NCBI GenBank assembly: GCA_963727625.1
Contig: CAVSHR010000011.1
Span: 224,001-288,000 of the forward strand
DNA: 64,000 nt
DNA from: an uncultured delta proteobacterium
GTDB lineage: Bacteria > Desulfobacterota > Binatia > UBA9968
Direction of reading: 5' to 3'
Position numbers and translations under genes: made by a program. The first letter of the stretch is position 1; every line of letters starts with the position of its first letter. The notes under the pieces were generated by a model. The model was not told the origin of the DNA and searched no databases. It saw only the letters and a program-made list of their open reading frames with translations. Positions 61,396 through 64,000 of this stretch are shown here, piece by piece.

Positions 61396-61412
61396 TGTAA
61401 AATTTCATTACA
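61396..61412. promoter_or_regulatory. Candidate enhancer-binding-protein (PrsR-type) site
   Basis: Palindrome TGTAAAATTTCATTACA (TGT-N11-ACA) about 140 nt upstream of a sigma-54 promoter. A near-match TGTAAAGAGAATTAACG lies at 61480-61496. Confidence 0.6.
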
Positions 61413-61548
61413 ATCGCAGCCGCAAATTATCTATTAATATTCAACTATATGAGTTGCCCTCAACGACGGGCGTGGAAGTTGTAAAGAGAATTAACGGAAT
61501 TCCTAATGGTCATTTTATAATTGCCTTAAAAATCGACTACTTAAATCC

Positions 61549-61564
61549 TGGCATCTTAATTGCT
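61549..61564 (+). promoter_or_regulatory. Sigma-54 promoter of the PEP-CTERM gene
   Basis: TGGCATCTTAATTGCT (GG-N10-GC), followed by RBS GAGAGGAG and ATG at 61603. Confidence 0.85.
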
Positions 61565-61602
61565 CTCTCTTTGGGAGAAATATTAATAACCGGAGAGGAG
61601 AA

Positions 61603-62280
61603 ATGATGAAAAGTTTAACAAGAGGTTTGTTGGTTTTGGTAGCTGTTTTGGCTCTGAATGTCAGTCCGGCTTTGGCCGTCCTGCAGATCCAATTTTCGGG
61701 CATGGACTGGGCCTACGACGGCACCAATCTGTGTGATGCGACGACATGTACTGGTAGTAACGGAACCCGCGCAGAATCGGATCCGTTGCTTACCATGAGT
61801 TTTATCGTTGATGGCAATCCCGTCGGGACGCTAGTTTCGAACATTTGGTTTGACTCGTCTATAGTTGTGGGTGCGTTGCCCATTTCCGGATCGACCACCG
61901 GTTCGGGTGGATTTTTTGACATACTCACACAGAACGCAGATCCTGGCTGGGGGCTGGCGCTAGACATCGGAGATTGGGAAGTCGTGACAGCAGATAATGG
62001 CACAGTGACCATTAGCGTGAATGGTACTTTGAGTGATAATGGCATTTTTTCCCAGGATTTGCCCTTTGGGCTCGTCATCGGGGTGCCAGTGATCGTGTCG
62101 TTTTCCTCGAACACCCTGACTGGCATCACTTCGAGTGACGGCTTCCTGACAGGATTTGGTGCTTCGGGAACGGGTGAAATTACTGGTCAGAACGTTGTAC
62201 CCGAGCCGACTTCAATGCTCCTCCTCGGCATGGGTTTAATTGGACTAGGCGCTTGGGGAAGAAAGCGGATCAAGAAGTAA
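61603..62280 (+). CDS. PEP-CTERM sorting-domain protein
   Basis: Signal peptide (PALA), acidic Gly/Thr/Ser-rich body, C-terminus VPEPTSMLLLGMGLIGLGAWGRKRIKK. Confidence 0.96.
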   Translation: MMKSLTRGLLVLVAVLALNVSPALAVLQIQFSGMDWAYDGTNLCDATTCTGSNGTRAESDPLLTMSFIVDGNPVGTLVSNIWFDSSIVVGALPISGSTTGSGGFFDILTQNADPGWGLALDIGDWEVVTADNGTVTISVNGTLSDNGIFSQDLPFGLVIGVPVIVSFSSNTLTGITSSDGFLTGFGASGTGEITGQNVVPEPTSMLLLGMGLIGLGAWGRKRIKK

Positions 62281-62336
62281 CCTGAGTATCCATCCAACGG
62301 GAGGGGCGAAAGAGCCCTAATCCTATGAATCGCAAG

Positions 62337-62381
62337 AGCTCGAACGCCTATCTAGAACACTCTGGATGGGCGTTCGAGTTT
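62337..62381 (+). terminator. Long hairpin after the PEP-CTERM gene (terminator-like or RNA-stabilising)
   Basis: AGCTCGAACGCCTATCTAGA-ACAC-TCTGGATGGGCGTTCGAGTT, a 20-bp stem with G-U pairs and only a short T tail. Confidence 0.55.
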
Positions 62382-62457
62382 GAAGCGGGCTTGATGGTTG
62401 AACGGTTCCCGAGCAGTCTTGAACAAAACAGCGAGTTAAATTAGACTAGGACGCGTG

Positions 62458-62767
62458 ATGGATTTAAAAGAGCAAAAACCTGGACTTGGGAATCCGCAAG
62501 CTGACCCAGATGTCGAAGGCAAGCTGAGCGGCAACAATCAAGATGCTCGGTTGTCCCGTCGGCGGGCTCTGTTAACTGGCTTGGCAGCTAGCGCCGGCAG
62601 TGCTGACGCTAATCAGACGTCCTGTTTGGGCTTCGGACACCATCGCTTCCGCCGGAATTTGCGCTTCTCTGGCCGCGGCCAGCAGTCTCCATGCGGCAGA
62701 TCAGCAGTTGGCCACTGATTGTGAAAATTTGAATGCTGAATCGGTGGTCGACACAAATAACCCTTGA
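62458..62767 (+). CDS. Candidate RiPP precursor-like peptide (102 aa after removing one base at 62590)
   Basis: Reconstructed: MDLKEQKPGLGNPQADPDVEGKLSGNNQDARLSRRRALLTGLAA-APAVLTLIRRPVWASDTIASAGICASLAAASSLHAADQQLATDCENLNAESVVDTNNP*. Confidence 0.65.
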
Positions 62768-62818
62768 GCATTTCGGAGTCGCCCAGGACGTAGCGGGAAA
62801 AGCCCACAAGGTTTAGTC

Positions 62819-63103
62819 ATGAAGGAAGCTGATGGGTTATTGTGGCAGTCCACAAAACTCATCTGGAAATCTTGGGGCGACGAAGTCTTGGTTTTCAACG
62901 TTGCCTCGGGAAATACCCATCTCTTAAGTCCGATGGCGGCCCAAGTCCTCAAATCCCTTGAAAAGCTGCCTCTTACGACCTCCCAAGTCGCACAAAAGTT
63001 AGCGCTTTCCGCGAACTTGAGTGTCGACGAAGAAATCTCTCAGCAAGTTGAAAATCTTATCTTAAACCTGGATGAATTGGGTCTCGTTGAATCCGCCGCT
63101 TAG
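62819..63103 (+). CDS. PqqD-family peptide chaperone/RRE, HPr-rel-A system type (TIGR04353-like)
   Basis: WKSWGDEVLVFNVASGNTHLLSPMAAQVL...LDELGLVE. Confidence 0.88.
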   Translation: MKEADGLLWQSTKLIWKSWGDEVLVFNVASGNTHLLSPMAAQVLKSLEKLPLTTSQVAQKLALSANLSVDEEISQQVENLILNLDELGLVESAA

Positions 63104-63999
63104 TGCAGGTTTTCCATCTATCGCCGGCTGATTTGTCAGCTCGACTCAGAGGCCAGGGCTTTTTCCTGCGCACCGGGCCGTTTGTCGTCCAGGTGCGCAC
63201 GGATGTGGGTCGAGTCGTGCAGGGGGTTCGAACGCTCTACGCCGATTTCCCTCTCGCCGAAAGCGCCGACTTTGCCGATTTTCATATGAGTTTTGTCGCG
63301 CCGCGCAGTTTGCGTTGCTGGTTTTACCCGCAGGTCTGTTTTCTCTTCGACGGCGAAAGCCCGTTTAAGCCTTTACCGTCGGATCAGGCGATGGCGATGT
63401 TCGAATGGTGTTTTAACTGGTGCATTTCCAGCTGCGGCAATCAATATTTGATATTTCATGCTGCGGCCGTTGAGCGCGGCGGATGCGCCGTGATCCTCCC
63501 CGGGCCGCCCGGTTCCGGGAAGAGCACGCTTTGCGCCGCCTTGGTAAATCGCGGCTGGCGGCTGTTGACCGACGAACTCACCTTGGTTTCACTTGAAACC
63601 AATTGCATCATCGCCTTGGCCAGACCCATCGGCTTGAAAAACGACTCTATAGAAGTGATTCGAAAGCTGGTCCCGGACGCGGTTTTTGGCCCGGAATGCC
63701 GGGACACGCTCAAGGGCAGGGTGGCGCACCTCCGTCCCCCGACTGAAAGTGTCTTACGCGTGGATCAACCGGCAAAACCCGCATGGGTGGTCTTTCCAAA
63801 ATATTCCGCCGATCAAGCAACCGTGGCGCGTCCGGTATCGAAAGCGCAGGCGCTTTTGCGCTGCGCGGCGAGCGCTTTCAATTACACGACACTTGGAGCA
63901 AAAGGGTTCGAAGTTCTGTCACCGATGATCGACGACGCGGACTGCTACGATTTCGAATATGGCGCGTTGGAGGAGGCGATCGATTGGTTTAACAGCCTC
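63103..63999 (+). CDS. HprK-related kinase A (TIGR04352-like), 3' truncated by the window edge; absent from the ORF track
   Basis: GTG at 63103 overlaps the PqqD stop (TAGTG). LRTGPF, LYADFP..FADFH, PFKPLP..QA.AMFEW..NWCI, HAAAVE, Walker A GPPGSGKST, WRLLTDE. The frame is open to the end. Confidence 0.9.
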   Translation, partial: MQVFHLSPADLSARLRGQGFFLRTGPFVVQVRTDVGRVVQGVRTLYADFPLAESADFADFHMSFVAPRSLRCWFYPQVCFLFDGESPFKPLPSDQAMAMFEWCFNWCISSCGNQYLIFHAAAVERGGCAVILPGPPGSGKSTLCAALVNRGWRLLTDELTLVSLETNCIIALARPIGLKNDSIEVIRKLVPDAVFGPECRDTLKGRVAHLRPPTESVLRVDQPAKPAWVVFPKYSADQATVARPVSKAQALLRCAASAFNYTTLGAKGFEVLSPMIDDADCYDFEYGALEEAIDWFNSL

Positions 64000-64000
64000 A

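Noticed and set aside
62590-62718. C-terminus of the 87-aa ORF as given in the track
   Set aside because: The shifted frame gives a coherent signal-like and core sequence; the given frame looks like out-of-frame translation.
1-64000. rRNA, tRNA or riboswitch genes
   Set aside because: None recognised by eye; a covariance-model search would be needed to exclude small ncRNAs.

Overview
The whole window is a large PEP-CTERM/exosortase-A-associated exopolysaccharide and surface-glycan locus. The gene and repeat style suggests a deltaproteobacterium-like or Binatia-like host, but that is a weak inference. Almost everything is on the + strand. Contents: many GT2 and GT4 glycosyltransferases; two polysaccharide deacetylases; a Wzx flippase; an O-glycosylation ligase; nucleotide-sugar enzymes (gmd, a GME-like epimerase, a ColD-like His-type DegT enzyme, several SDRs); an AsnB-type amidotransferase; a fragmented exosortase-EpsI gene; a PrsT-like TPR protein; and a PEP-CTERM protein. 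Two secreted multidomain proteins lie on the - strand. Three clean sigma-54 promoters, an IS1380 remnant, an IS200 copy and several short repeat families are also present. The most notable observations are: (1) a stand-alone proline adenylation enzyme (code DLFYLALVCK), a carrier protein and a PltE/RedW-like dehydrogenase next to an SGNH protein, suggesting pyrrole-2-carbonyl or pyrroline acylation of a surface glycan; (2) a hidden, frameshift-masked 102-aa precursor-like peptide directly upstream of a PqqD/RRE gene and an HprK-related kinase A gene that the ORF track missed; (3) a possible split-FN3 donor-strand pairing between the two - strand secreted proteins; (4) a cassette with an FAD oxidoreductase, a stand-alone copy of its membrane domain, an orphan MsrQ-like protein, a radical SAM enzyme and paired GT2 paralogs. 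About a dozen single-base frameshifts suggest assembly indel errors, so pseudogene calls are uncertain. All family assignments come from motif recognition by eye; no searches were run.
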